From Myxococcota bacterium (GTDB lineage Bacteria > Myxococcota_A > UBA796 > GCA-2862545), in assembly GCA_039208735.1 (NCBI GenBank), contig JBCCQY010000156.1, positions 1-22,460 on the forward strand: 22,460 nt of DNA. Reading direction: 5' to 3'. This document shows positions 8,961 through 17,521 of this stretch, piece after piece. The notes under the pieces are model-generated. The model did no database searches. It saw only the letters and a list, made by a program, of their open reading frames with translations, and was not told the origin of the DNA. The position numbers and the translations under genes were made by a program. The stretch's first letter is position 1; the number at the start of each line of letters is the position of its first letter.

Positions 8961-10117
8961 GCAGGGTCGTCCCGCACCGCCCGAAGCCGGCTCGCCGCCC
9001 ACGTGTCACCGGACTTGCGAGCCAAGACGCGCCCACGACGGAGCCAGCGCTGGGCGACTTCGCGTTGGCCCTCCAGTCGAAGTCCGCGCACGATGCCGGC
9101 GTGGGCGGTGGCAAAGCCTGGACGCTGACGGAGGCCGCGGAGTTCCGTCCAGATGGTGAAGGCCCGGTCCCGCTCACCTCGACGGCGAGCGAGCCGCAGC
9201 TGCAGGGCCAGGGCGGTGGCCAGTTCGTGCTCGGCAAGGCTCTCGCGGGCCCATCGCTCGGAGGCGTCGGCATCGTCCTGGGCACAGGCCAGGTGGTCGC
9301 CATCGGCCAGCCACTCTCCGCGAAAGCTCAATGCCCACGACAGCACCCGCCGGTCGCCCGCTTCCTCGGCGCCCAGGATGGCTTCGTCGAATCGTTGGCG
9401 GGCCTCTGGATGGTCGAGCTTCGACGCTGCAGCATGGAGTTGGGCCAGTGCGTAGAGGCGGACTTGGTCGGTGGCGGCGGCAAGGGCGATGAAGCGGGCC
9501 CGGGCCTCGTCGGCTTTGCCCAATCGGAGCAGCAGGAGGGCAAGGCTATGCTCGGAGCCCTCGGTAACGTGGCGCATGGCTTCAGCCTCGGCGACAGCAC
9601 CATCGAGGTCCCCCAGCCAAGGTCGAATACCCAGGCGAAGGGCCTGCGCACGGGCTTGAACCTGGGGGCGGTCGCCAAGGGCGATCAGGCGCTCCAAGGC
9701 GGCCGCGGGGGCGTCGAGGGCGAGGGCCTCGGCGGCATACAGAGCAAGCTGGTCCCGCACCGGGCAGGGCAGCGTGGGGTGTTCGGCACTGGCGCTGAGC
9801 GCCACCCAAGCAGGGGCGTGACGGGCGGCCACAAAGCGATACCCCTCGCCCCGAACCGTCAGCACGTGCTGGGGTTGGCGCGCATCTCGCTCGACGAGCC
9901 GGCGCACCCCCACCACTGTGGACGCGACCGCGCGGGACTGGACTCGAGGATGGTAGCCCCAGACGTCGCGCAATAGGGATGCGGTGCTGACCGGGCCGTC
10001 CGTTTCAATCAAGGCCTGCAGAAGTCCTCGCTGCAAGCCGGTCAGGCTGTGACGACGTCCGTCTCGCCACACCACACCCGCCTTGAGATCGATCGCACCG
10101 ACGTCCACAGGAACCAC
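8957..10117 (-). CDS. OmpR-type winged-helix DNA-binding protein with C-terminal TPR-like helical region
   Basis: LTGLQRGLLQAL...VSTASLLRDVWGYHPRVQSRAVASTVVGVRRLVERDARQPQHVLTVRGEGYRF (Trans_reg_C-like), followed by Ala/Leu/Arg helical repeats. GTG at 10117 lies 5 nt after GGAGG (ATG 10156 is an alternative). Stop overlaps the pnkp stop (TTAG). Confidence 0.8.
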   Translation of the reverse strand: MVPVDVGAIDLKAGVVWRDGRRHSLTGLQRGLLQALIETDGPVSTASLLRDVWGYHPRVQSRAVASTVVGVRRLVERDARQPQHVLTVRGEGYRFVAARHAPAWVALSASAEHPTLPCPVRDQLALYAAEALALDAPAAALERLIALGDRPQVQARAQALRLGIRPWLGDLDGAVAEAEAMRHVTEGSEHSLALLLLRLGKADEARARFIALAAATDQVRLYALAQLHAAASKLDHPEARQRFDEAILGAEEAGDRRVLSWALSFRGEWLADGDHLACAQDDADASERWARESLAEHELATALALQLRLARRRGERDRAFTIWTELRGLRQRPGFATAHAGIVRGLRLEGQREVAQRWLRRGRVLARKSGDTWAASRLRAVRDDPA

Positions 10118-10134
10118 GCCATCCTCCGCCCCCC

Positions 10135-10170
10135 ATCGTGCGCCAGGGAGGCGCATTGTCAAGATTGTCA
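10135..10170 (-). promoter_or_regulatory. Candidate sigma70-type promoter overlapped by a direct repeat
   Basis: Minus strand TTGACA (10162-10157)-N16-CACGAT (10140-10135). ATTGTCA occurs twice, at 10155-10161 and 10164-10170. Confidence 0.35.
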
Positions 10171-10214
10171 CCGTCCGTCGCCAGACGTCGCGGATTCCGT
10201 GTCGTGCGAGAACC

Positions 10215-10367
10215 GGCCCTGAGGCAAACGAAATGCCTAGGAACGCCTCACCATCAGGTACCCGGGCGCTGCCGCGGCACGGAAACCCTGGTCGGCTCAC
10301 TCCTGGCCGCGGTGGCGCCTTTGGGATCCAACCATCCAATTGTGACGTCCACTGACCAAACAGGGTC
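10215..10367 (+). ncRNA. Candidate structured RNA upstream of htpX (unassigned)
   Basis: 14-bp stem 10265-10278/10306-10319 with two G-U pairs, nested inside further possible helices. No family recognised. Confidence 0.25.
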
Positions 10368-10432
10368 ACGCCGCCACTTCCCGGCCTTTCCCATGCGCTT
10401 ACGATCTCCACATCATGGAGGTCTCTGTGTCC

Positions 10433-11308
10433 ATGGCTCGCGCCTGGCCGCTTCGCATCACGCTCTTCGTGCTCACGAACCTCGCCGTTCTCCTGGTGTT
10501 CGGCGTCGTGCTGAGTCTTACCGGGGTTTCCGCCCAGTTCGGCATGTCGACGGGCGGGCTCCTGCTGTTCGCCGCCTTGTTCGGCTTTGGAGGCTCCCTC
10601 GTGAGCCTCGCGATGTCGAAACAGATGGCACTTTGGTCGACGGGGGCGAAGGTGCTCCGTCAGCCGTCCAACACCAGTGAACGCTGGCTTGTTGACACCG
10701 TGTCCGAGCTGGCCCAGAAGTCGGGTATCGGGATGCCCGATGTGGCGGTCTGGGACAGCCCCGTGGCCAATGCCTTTGCCACCGGTGCCCGTCGAAATCA
10801 CGCGTTGGTGGCGGTGTCGACGGGGCTCTTGCGAACGATGCGGCCCGAAGAAGTCAAAGCTGTACTCGCTCATGAGGTCGCGCACGTCGCCAATGGCGAC
10901 ATGGTCACGATGTCGATGCTGCAGGGAGTGATGAACGTGTTCGTCATCGTGCTGTCGCGGGTCGTCGGGTCCATCGTCGATGGGGCGCTGTCGCAGGACG
11001 AGGACCGCGGACCCGGCATGGGCTACTTCCTCGCCACCATCGTGGCGCAGATTCTATTTGGCGTGCTCGCCTCGATCGTGGTGATGTGGTTCTCGCGTCG
11101 GCGGGAATTCCGCGCCGATGCAGGAGCGGCTGAACTCGTGGGACCCGCCCCGATGATTGCGGCCCTCCAGCGCCTCAAGGGCAACGAAGGCGATGCGGAC
11201 CTACCCCAGGACCTCGCAGCCTTTGGCATCAACCAGAGTCAGATCGCCGGTCTGTTCAGCAGTCACCCGCCTCTCGATGACCGCATCGCTGCCCTACGTG
11301 CATCCTGA
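10433..11308 (+). CDS. htpX: Zinc metalloprotease HtpX (M48)
   Basis: RITLFVLTNLAV, FGFGGSLVSLAMSK, ANAFATG, VAVSTGLL, HEVAH zinc motif, NGDMVTM, WFSRRREFRADAGAA, LFSSHPPLDDRI. Start may be 10415, 10427 or 10433. Confidence 0.95.
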   Translation: MARAWPLRITLFVLTNLAVLLVFGVVLSLTGVSAQFGMSTGGLLLFAALFGFGGSLVSLAMSKQMALWSTGAKVLRQPSNTSERWLVDTVSELAQKSGIGMPDVAVWDSPVANAFATGARRNHALVAVSTGLLRTMRPEEVKAVLAHEVAHVANGDMVTMSMLQGVMNVFVIVLSRVVGSIVDGALSQDEDRGPGMGYFLATIVAQILFGVLASIVVMWFSRRREFRADAGAAELVGPAPMIAALQRLKGNEGDADLPQDLAAFGINQSQIAGLFSSHPPLDDRIAALRAS

Positions 11309-11370
11309 TCGGGCCATCCGGCCTGCAGGCCTACGCGGTCAGCTTTCGTCGCTTCGCTTCTGCAAGCTGA

Positions 11371-12384
11371 TTACCGCGGCAACGTCAGAACCGGAGTCCG
11401 CGCCTCCTGCGGAGCCCCCATGAGATTGAACAGGATCGTGAGGGTTCCGAACACACTTTTGGACGAACGGTCCGTGTCGTCGATCCAGAACCAACGGTCT
11501 TGGTAGGGAATCGCCACGTATGCGGTGGATGGCACCGTCTTTCCGCTTTGGATGTGCAGCAAGGGCTCCGAAATCGGCAGGGGCACGCCAAGGTCTCTTG
11601 CCGCAGGATCGGTCGCCGACACCTCAACGCCGTGCGACAGGTAGTACAGCACATCCATCATCGAACGCGTGCGAACTGGCACTTCGTCATCCCCTGGATC
11701 GACCACCTGGCTCGACAGCGTAAAACTTCGCGTGTCCTCGGGGAGCCCGAGGTTGGCAAGCAGGGTCCTCGCAACCGGGGTTTCACCAAGGCCAATCAAC
11801 GGCTCAGGGCCGGCAAGTTCGATGACCAAGTCGCCCGATGCCTGCAGCGTGGTCAGCCCGTCGACGATGCGGGCAAACCGGGATGTGTCGTCGGCGGCAG
11901 CAATGATCGGGGCCGCGGCCGAGCCGATCCGGCTCACGGCGAAGGGCAGGAGTCGCTCCGCCGGCCATCCGCCTTGGACCAAGAGCATCAAAAGGTCACG
12001 CGGCAACGGAGCAGCCAGCTGGCGGACAAAGTCCTCGCCAGACAGGGGCGTATAGGTAATCGTTGGCGTTTCTGTTGCTGAAATGCCAGCTCCGACCACC
12101 CCTCCAGCGATAGAAGCAAACGAGTTTTCACCATTGAGGTTGGTGTTCCCAGAGATGCTGGCGTTCCGGTTGAACGAGTAGGTGGTGACCACACTCACCG
12201 GCTCGAGAAACTGAATCGCGTGGCCATACCGAAGTCGCACCAGATTCAACAGCATCTGTTCGCTCGAGCTGCGCGCAACCGCCTGGTTGTAGTCCGCCCG
12301 AACGGCGGGAAGGCTGCGGGCTCCGATACGGGTCGCACACCCCGTACTGAGAATGAGGAGCAACACAGGTAGCCAAGGACGCAT
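11371..12384 (-). CDS. Hypothetical lipoprotein
   Basis: ATG at 12384 after GGAG. Signal peptide with STGC lipobox. Family-like blocks YNQAV...EQMLLNLVRLRY, PTITYTPLSGEDF, TRSMMDVLYYLSHGV, AYVAIPYQDRWFWIDDTD. Confidence 0.75.
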   Translation of the reverse strand: MRPWLPVLLLILSTGCATRIGARSLPAVRADYNQAVARSSSEQMLLNLVRLRYGHAIQFLEPVSVVTTYSFNRNASISGNTNLNGENSFASIAGGVVGAGISATETPTITYTPLSGEDFVRQLAAPLPRDLLMLLVQGGWPAERLLPFAVSRIGSAAAPIIAAADDTSRFARIVDGLTTLQASGDLVIELAGPEPLIGLGETPVARTLLANLGLPEDTRSFTLSSQVVDPGDDEVPVRTRSMMDVLYYLSHGVEVSATDPAARDLGVPLPISEPLLHIQSGKTVPSTAYVAIPYQDRWFWIDDTDRSSKSVFGTLTILFNLMGAPQEARTPVLTLPR

Positions 12385-12398
12385 CAAGACTCCGTAGG

Positions 12399-13283
12399 TC
12401 AAAACCCACATCCGCTATCGAGATTACCGAGACGAACTTGGTAGTCGCCGCAGGCATCGCCCGGTCCGATGATGGTCGCAACCACATCGACGGTGTCGTC
12501 GAATGCGGTGCAATCGTGCTCCATCGTGACTTGGGTCGAATCACAACAGGTGTCGTCGCCCACCTGTTGGCCCGAGAGGCAGGCCACGGCCATCGGCGGA
12601 CCGTCGGGACACACCACCTGCAAACAGACTTCCGACGCCGCTCCGGTCAGCGTCGCGTGGGCCTGGGGCTGTTTGGTTGACCCGAAGCACGGACCGACGC
12701 AGCATTGGTTTGCGTCGGTCAGGGTGTAGCGAAACTGATCGACGTCGTCGGGCAAGTCGAGCGTTGCCTCGAGCAGGAACAACTGCGTCTCGTCATCGTA
12801 GACGACCCGCGCAGTGTCGTGGGCCGCCGTGTCGTTGGGTTCGAACGGGTCGGCATTCGCTACAATTCCATCGCCGCGACACCGTCCTTCACCATCGCAC
12901 CGGTCGTTCGTGGTGCACACTTCGCCATCATCGCAGCTTACGTCGGCACCGGCGAAGGACCAGGCGGTTTGGTCGAGCCGTGGATCGCAGATCGTACACA
13001 CCTCGCCTGGCGCCGTGGCGCCAGACTCCATGCAGCGGCCATCGATCACGCACCGGTCGGGGGCGATGCTTTGCACACACCCTTTCGAGCCGGCACAGCG
13101 GCCCACCGTGCAGGCGTCGCCGTCGTCGCAAAGCAGGGCTCCGTCTTCGTCGGCGATGCCGTCACCGTCGTCATCGCGCCCGTTGCACACCTCAGGGCCG
13201 GTGGGGGCTTGGGTAGGGATCGTCTCGAACCACGCGGGTGGTCCACACCCGATGGCGAGCCCCACGAGCCACGCACTGCGCAT
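12399..13283 (-). CDS. Cys/Asp-rich lipoprotein with a metal-binding motif and CDDGxxCT repeats
   Basis: Lipobox-like AIGC, EVCNGRDDDGDGIADE motif, two CDDG.xCT..RC repeats, and a DPFEPND...DVDQF module. Confidence 0.75.
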   Translation of the reverse strand: MRSAWLVGLAIGCGPPAWFETIPTQAPTGPEVCNGRDDDGDGIADEDGALLCDDGDACTVGRCAGSKGCVQSIAPDRCVIDGRCMESGATAPGEVCTICDPRLDQTAWSFAGADVSCDDGEVCTTNDRCDGEGRCRGDGIVANADPFEPNDTAAHDTARVVYDDETQLFLLEATLDLPDDVDQFRYTLTDANQCCVGPCFGSTKQPQAHATLTGAASEVCLQVVCPDGPPMAVACLSGQQVGDDTCCDSTQVTMEHDCTAFDDTVDVVATIIGPGDACGDYQVRLGNLDSGCGF

Positions 13284-13409
13284 CTGACCTCCCCGCGCCG
13301 CCCGCCTATCTCGAACGGAGGCTCAAGCCGAGCGGGCGCCCGCCGAGGGGACGTTCCCTGAAGGACTCCGGGCGCGATAGCGTCTCCTTCGCCATCGACC
13401 GGGAGCCCC

Positions 13410-14771
13410 ATGAACTCGTTCCTTGCCGCATGGCGGCCGTACCTCAAGCCGCGGATGGCCGCGATGCTTGCCCTTGGGTTTGCATCTGGCCTTCCGCTCA
13501 TGATGGTCTTCTCGAAGCTGTCATTTTGGCTGCGAGAGGTGGGCGTTGATCGATCGACGATCGGCGGTTTCTACGCGGTCAGTCTTGCCTATTCGCTGAA
13601 GGTGTTCTGGGCGCCGGTCGTCGATCGGGTCAAGTTGCCGCTGCTTTCGGTGTTGGGACAGCGGCGTAGCTGGATGCTCATCGCGATCGCGGGCACCGCG
13701 ACCGGCCTGTTCATCATCGGCGCATCCGACCCCAAAACCTCCCTCGCTCCAACGCTTTTTGGCGCGTTCGTTCTGGCGTACGCGGGGGCAACCCTCGACA
13801 TTGCCGTCGATGCATGGCGCATTGAGTCAGCGCCGCCTGATGAACAGGCCAACATGGCTGCGGTCTACACCCTGGGGTACCGCTTGGCGATCATGTTCGC
13901 CGGCGTAGGCCTCATCATTGCCGAATACACGAGTTGGCTCGTCGCATACTGGACGATGGCGGTCGCCATGTCGCTGGTCGGCGCTTTGGTGCTCGCCATT
14001 GAGGAACCGCCGCGTGACGTTCGCATCGCACCCGTCCCCCAGTCGTTGGGCGAACGGGTGCGTGACGCCGTCGTACAGCCCTTTCTGCAGGTGGTGCGCC
14101 GTTTTGGCAGCTGGGCGGCACCCGTGCTTGCGCTGGTCGCCATCTATCGGCTCTCCGACTTCACCATGGGCGTGATGGCAAGCCCGTTCTACGCGGACCT
14201 CGGCTACTCCAAGGAGACGGTCGGCGTGATCACGGGCCTCTTTGGGCCCTGGCCAATTGTGTTTGGTGGATTTCTCGGAGGCTTCATTGCGGTTCGCTAT
14301 CGCCTGATGACCGCCATGCTCGTGGGCGCGGTCATCACCCTGCTGACCAATGGAGCCTTCGCCCTGCTTGCCCTCGCTGCGGGTCCGGGACTCGATCTTG
14401 CGGCCAACGGCGATGCGACGGCTGTGGTGAATACGCCCTCCACCACGGCCTTGTTCGTGGTGGTCGTCGCGGACAATCTGGCCGCAGGCTACGTCGGAAC
14501 GGTGTTTGTCGCTTACCTTTCCTCGCTGACCGAGCGGGAGTACGCGGCCACCCAATACGCGCTGTTCAGCTCGGCCTACTCGCTGTTCTGCAAGGCCTTC
14601 GCGTCGTCGACCTCGGGGCCCATCGCCGATGCGGTAGGGTGGGCCGGATTCTACGGGATTACGGCATTGTTTGCGTTGCCTGCGGCACTCCTGATCGCCG
14701 TGATCAATCGCGGCCCCCCTTCGGTGCGTGGGGAGGCAGAACCCGATGTTGCCAATGGGGAGAACGCGTAG
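13410..14771 (+). CDS. ampG: AmpG-family muropeptide MFS transporter
   Basis: LGFASGLPL, LKVFWAPVVDR, GQRRSW, ATLDIAVDAWRIE, GYRLA, YRLSDF, FVAYLSSLT...ATQYALFSS. Many transmembrane segments. Confidence 0.92.
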   Translation: MNSFLAAWRPYLKPRMAAMLALGFASGLPLMMVFSKLSFWLREVGVDRSTIGGFYAVSLAYSLKVFWAPVVDRVKLPLLSVLGQRRSWMLIAIAGTATGLFIIGASDPKTSLAPTLFGAFVLAYAGATLDIAVDAWRIESAPPDEQANMAAVYTLGYRLAIMFAGVGLIIAEYTSWLVAYWTMAVAMSLVGALVLAIEEPPRDVRIAPVPQSLGERVRDAVVQPFLQVVRRFGSWAAPVLALVAIYRLSDFTMGVMASPFYADLGYSKETVGVITGLFGPWPIVFGGFLGGFIAVRYRLMTAMLVGAVITLLTNGAFALLALAAGPGLDLAANGDATAVVNTPSTTALFVVVVADNLAAGYVGTVFVAYLSSLTEREYAATQYALFSSAYSLFCKAFASSTSGPIADAVGWAGFYGITALFALPAALLIAVINRGPPSVRGEAEPDVANGENA

Positions 14772-14785
14772 GCTAAGGTGCGCGG

Positions 14786-16180
14786 ATGGATGATGTCGCT
14801 CCAGCCGTGGCCCATGCAGGTCGCGAACTGCGTCGCCTCTTGCAGGGGCGCAAGTTCCTCACGGCCACCCCCGATGTCGGTTCGGCGGTGGGCCTTGCGC
14901 TTGGCCTGCGCGCCTTGGGCGCCGATGTGATGGCGATGGGGGCAGCACCCTTCGATGCAGCCCTCCGCGACGACATCCCGACCCTCGATCTTGGACTGTC
15001 CGCACGAGGCATCATCGGCCTATTGCATGCGGGAGAGTCCGCGCTCGACACCGTGCCAGCCTCCATCATCGAACGGATCGACGCGTGGGACCCAACCCGC
15101 GAGGCGCGAGCGGCTCGGGCGTTGTTCAGCGAAGGGCGTCCGGTTGCGGGACGGAGTGCCTGGGGGGGACGCCCAAAGGCCTGGGCCACCTTCGACGACA
15201 AGACGATGATCGATGCCCTGTGGGATGCGGCGGGGGTGCCTCGGGCACCTCGTCAGGTCGTCCCTGCAGAGGCGGGAGCGCTGGCCGCGGCGCACCGCCA
15301 GCTCGACGCTGGGCACGGCACGGTGTGGGCCATCGACAACCGAGAAGGTTGGCATGGTGCGGCCCACGGAGTGCGGTGGGTGCACGATGCGGCCACCGAG
15401 GTCGTGGCCACGGCGTTCGCCCAAACCCAAGCCCACACGGTTCGCGTCATGCCCTTCCTCGAGGGGCGGCCCTGCAGCATCCATGGCTTGGTGTTTCCAG
15501 GTTTCGTGATGGTCTTGCGACCGTGCGAACTCGTAATTCTACGGGATGTCGCACAGGGCCGGTTCGTCTATGCCACGGCGTCGACCACGTGGGATCCGCC
15601 GGCCGAAGGTCGAGCGGCGATGCGAGCCTTGGCACGTCAAGTCGGACGGCATCTCGCCGCGACGCACGGCTACCGGGGCGCGTTCACGATCGACGGGGTG
15701 TGGACGGCCGACGGGTTTCGCCCCACCGAGCTCAATCCACGCTACGGGGCCGCGCTCGGGATGATCGGCAGCCTGGTGGCTCCAACCCTCAATCTGTATG
15801 CTCTGCATCTCGCACTGGTCGAAGAGGAACCTGCAAGCTGGCAACCCGAGGCGCTCGAGGCGGCACTCGTCGATGTAGCAGACGCCAACCGACGAACCGG
15901 CTCTACGGTGTGGCTCCCTGGAGAAACCGTCGAACGAAAGGATGGTGCGTTGACCCAAGAGGGCGGCGGTTGGCGCTTCGTCGACGACCCAGAGGCCGCA
16001 GTCGTTCAGGTGCATACGCGAATCCACCCTGCAGGTCCCATCCTCCGGGTACACGTCGAGCCTTCGTTTTTGGCTCCCGGTGCCCCCGTGGCTCCGGTGC
16101 TCGTGTCGGTGATCGAGTTTCTAAATGGCGCCTGGTCCCTGGGTTTGCCTACACTTGAAGCGGCGCCAGAAGCGGAGTGA
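14786..16180 (+). CDS. ATP-grasp-fold protein of unknown function
   Basis: FDDK...LWDAAGVP, GWHGAAHGVRWV loop, VMPFLEG, YRGAFTIDGV, and TELNPRYG (ExNPR motif). Confidence 0.75.
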   Translation: MDDVAPAVAHAGRELRRLLQGRKFLTATPDVGSAVGLALGLRALGADVMAMGAAPFDAALRDDIPTLDLGLSARGIIGLLHAGESALDTVPASIIERIDAWDPTREARAARALFSEGRPVAGRSAWGGRPKAWATFDDKTMIDALWDAAGVPRAPRQVVPAEAGALAAAHRQLDAGHGTVWAIDNREGWHGAAHGVRWVHDAATEVVATAFAQTQAHTVRVMPFLEGRPCSIHGLVFPGFVMVLRPCELVILRDVAQGRFVYATASTTWDPPAEGRAAMRALARQVGRHLAATHGYRGAFTIDGVWTADGFRPTELNPRYGAALGMIGSLVAPTLNLYALHLALVEEEPASWQPEALEAALVDVADANRRTGSTVWLPGETVERKDGALTQEGGGWRFVDDPEAAVVQVHTRIHPAGPILRVHVEPSFLAPGAPVAPVLVSVIEFLNGAWSLGLPTLEAAPEAE

Positions 16181-16224
16181 CACATTCGGCGTTCCGCGGT
16201 TTCAAGAGCACCGGGAGGTGCACT

Positions 16225-17052
16225 GTGGTGCGAACGCTTTTGGTTTCGTCGTGGCTCGTGGGTTGTGTGATTCCGGCGGATCGGGAGTTGGATCGTCAAG
16301 TCTTGGAGCTTGAGGTGACGACCGAAGAGGCCATCGACCTGGTGACCCGTGCGGGCGACCTCGAGGTGATTGGCGAGCCAGGCCGCACCACGGTCCAGAT
16401 GGAGGTGACGCTCGTCCGCTTCACGGATGGTCCATTTTCGCCCTCGGACGCTGCGGGTCTGAACAACCTTGTGGCGACGCTCGAGTCGGAGGGCGGCCAA
16501 ATCTCCGCCGAGGCGTTTGTCAGCATCGTAGGCAACAATCCCTTCGGTACTGATGTGGTGTTGCGCGTTCCTGCCGATCTCGACGTAGCGATCGAGGATG
16601 ATTCAGGCGACATCGCGGTCTCGGAGCTGGCGGGCACGGTGTCCATCGACGACGATTCGGGCGACATCGTGGTCGCGGTCGTAGGGGCGGCAGACATCAA
16701 CGACGATTCGGGGGCCATCGAGTTGCTGGACGTCGACGGGGACGTCACTATCAACGACGATTCGGGCTTCGTGTTCGTCCAGAACGTGATGGGAACCGTC
16801 GACATCATTGATCAGTCGGGCGACATCGAAGTGAACGGAGCGGGCACGACGACGATTCGCGATGACTCGGGCGCCATCTTGGTCACGACCATCGAAGGGG
16901 ACGTGGACGTGGTGGATGATTCCGGCGATATCGATGTGCGCGACGTGACGGGAGTCGTCTCGATCGACGATGATTCGGGCGACATCCGGGTGACGAACGT
17001 GGGCGACTTCGAACTTCGCTCCGACGGTTCGGGAAGCGTGACCGTCAACTGA
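16225..17052 (+). CDS. DUF4097-like beta-strand repeat lipoprotein
   Basis: GTG at 16225 after GGAGG (the track start 16177 overlaps the upstream stop). Lipobox LVGC. Eight D(D/Q)SGx(I/V) repeats at 17-19 aa spacing plus a terminal DGSGSV. Confidence 0.85.
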   Translation: MVRTLLVSSWLVGCVIPADRELDRQVLELEVTTEEAIDLVTRAGDLEVIGEPGRTTVQMEVTLVRFTDGPFSPSDAAGLNNLVATLESEGGQISAEAFVSIVGNNPFGTDVVLRVPADLDVAIEDDSGDIAVSELAGTVSIDDDSGDIVVAVVGAADINDDSGAIELLDVDGDVTINDDSGFVFVQNVMGTVDIIDQSGDIEVNGAGTTTIRDDSGAILVTTIEGDVDVVDDSGDIDVRDVTGVVSIDDDSGDIRVTNVGDFELRSDGSGSVTVN

Positions 17053-17100
17053 GCGCGCACACCCGTGCTGCGCCGCCGAAAGCCTGCTGTAGCCTTCGGA

Positions 17101-17415
17101 TTAGTCGGGCTCGATCCGAATCTGGATGGGGTTTGGGGCGAGGACCCAGGCATCAGCGACGTTCGCGGGGGCGTAGACGGTCAGGATGGTTCCTTCGTCT
17201 CCGCTTCGCACATCGAGCAGCTCGACCGGCACGGTGTGCGGGCCGTGGCGAAGCCGCACCCGCTGGCCAGGTTGAAACACCCGTTTGACCTTCACCGGGC
17301 CGAGGTCCAGGGCGACCGCTCCCGGAGGAGGGGGCACGTCAAACGCTTCGCGAACCCGCCACAGGGGTGGTTCGGAGGCACCGCACGCCAAAAGAAGAGG
17401 CCCGTAAAACACCAT
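17101..17415 (-). CDS. Small hypothetical lipoprotein
   Basis: ATG at 17415 after AGGAGA. Lipobox-like LLAC. Fills the gap between flanking genes. No family recognised. Confidence 0.5.
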   Translation of the reverse strand: MVFYGPLLLACGASEPPLWRVREAFDVPPPPGAVALDLGPVKVKRVFQPGQRVRLRHGPHTVPVELLDVRSGDEGTILTVYAPANVADAWVLAPNPIQIRIEPD

Positions 17416-17521
17416 GGTCTCCTCTATTGTGGAGCAGCCTGACGCGATGTGAAAGTCACGTGGCGCCATTCGCAAGCCCCTGATCCGAGACGGACCTTAC
17501 GAATGGCCCAGGGAAGGACGC

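Noticed and set aside
10221..10250. GGCAAAC...GAAA resembling a c-di-GMP-I riboswitch; yybP-ykoY leader also considered for htpX
   Set aside because: No stem around the GAAA, no GACGCAAAG-like junction, and no GGGGAGUAG motif.
10118..10885. N-terminal ~250 aa of the 642-aa minus-strand ORF
   Set aside because: Antisense to the clear htpX gene and crossing the intergenic region. The recognisable wHTH begins only near 10117-10156.
16591..17040. Regularly spaced GACGATTCGGG-like repeats that could mimic a CRISPR array
   Set aside because: They are short, in-frame, synonymous-variable codons of the DDSG protein repeat, and no cas genes are present.
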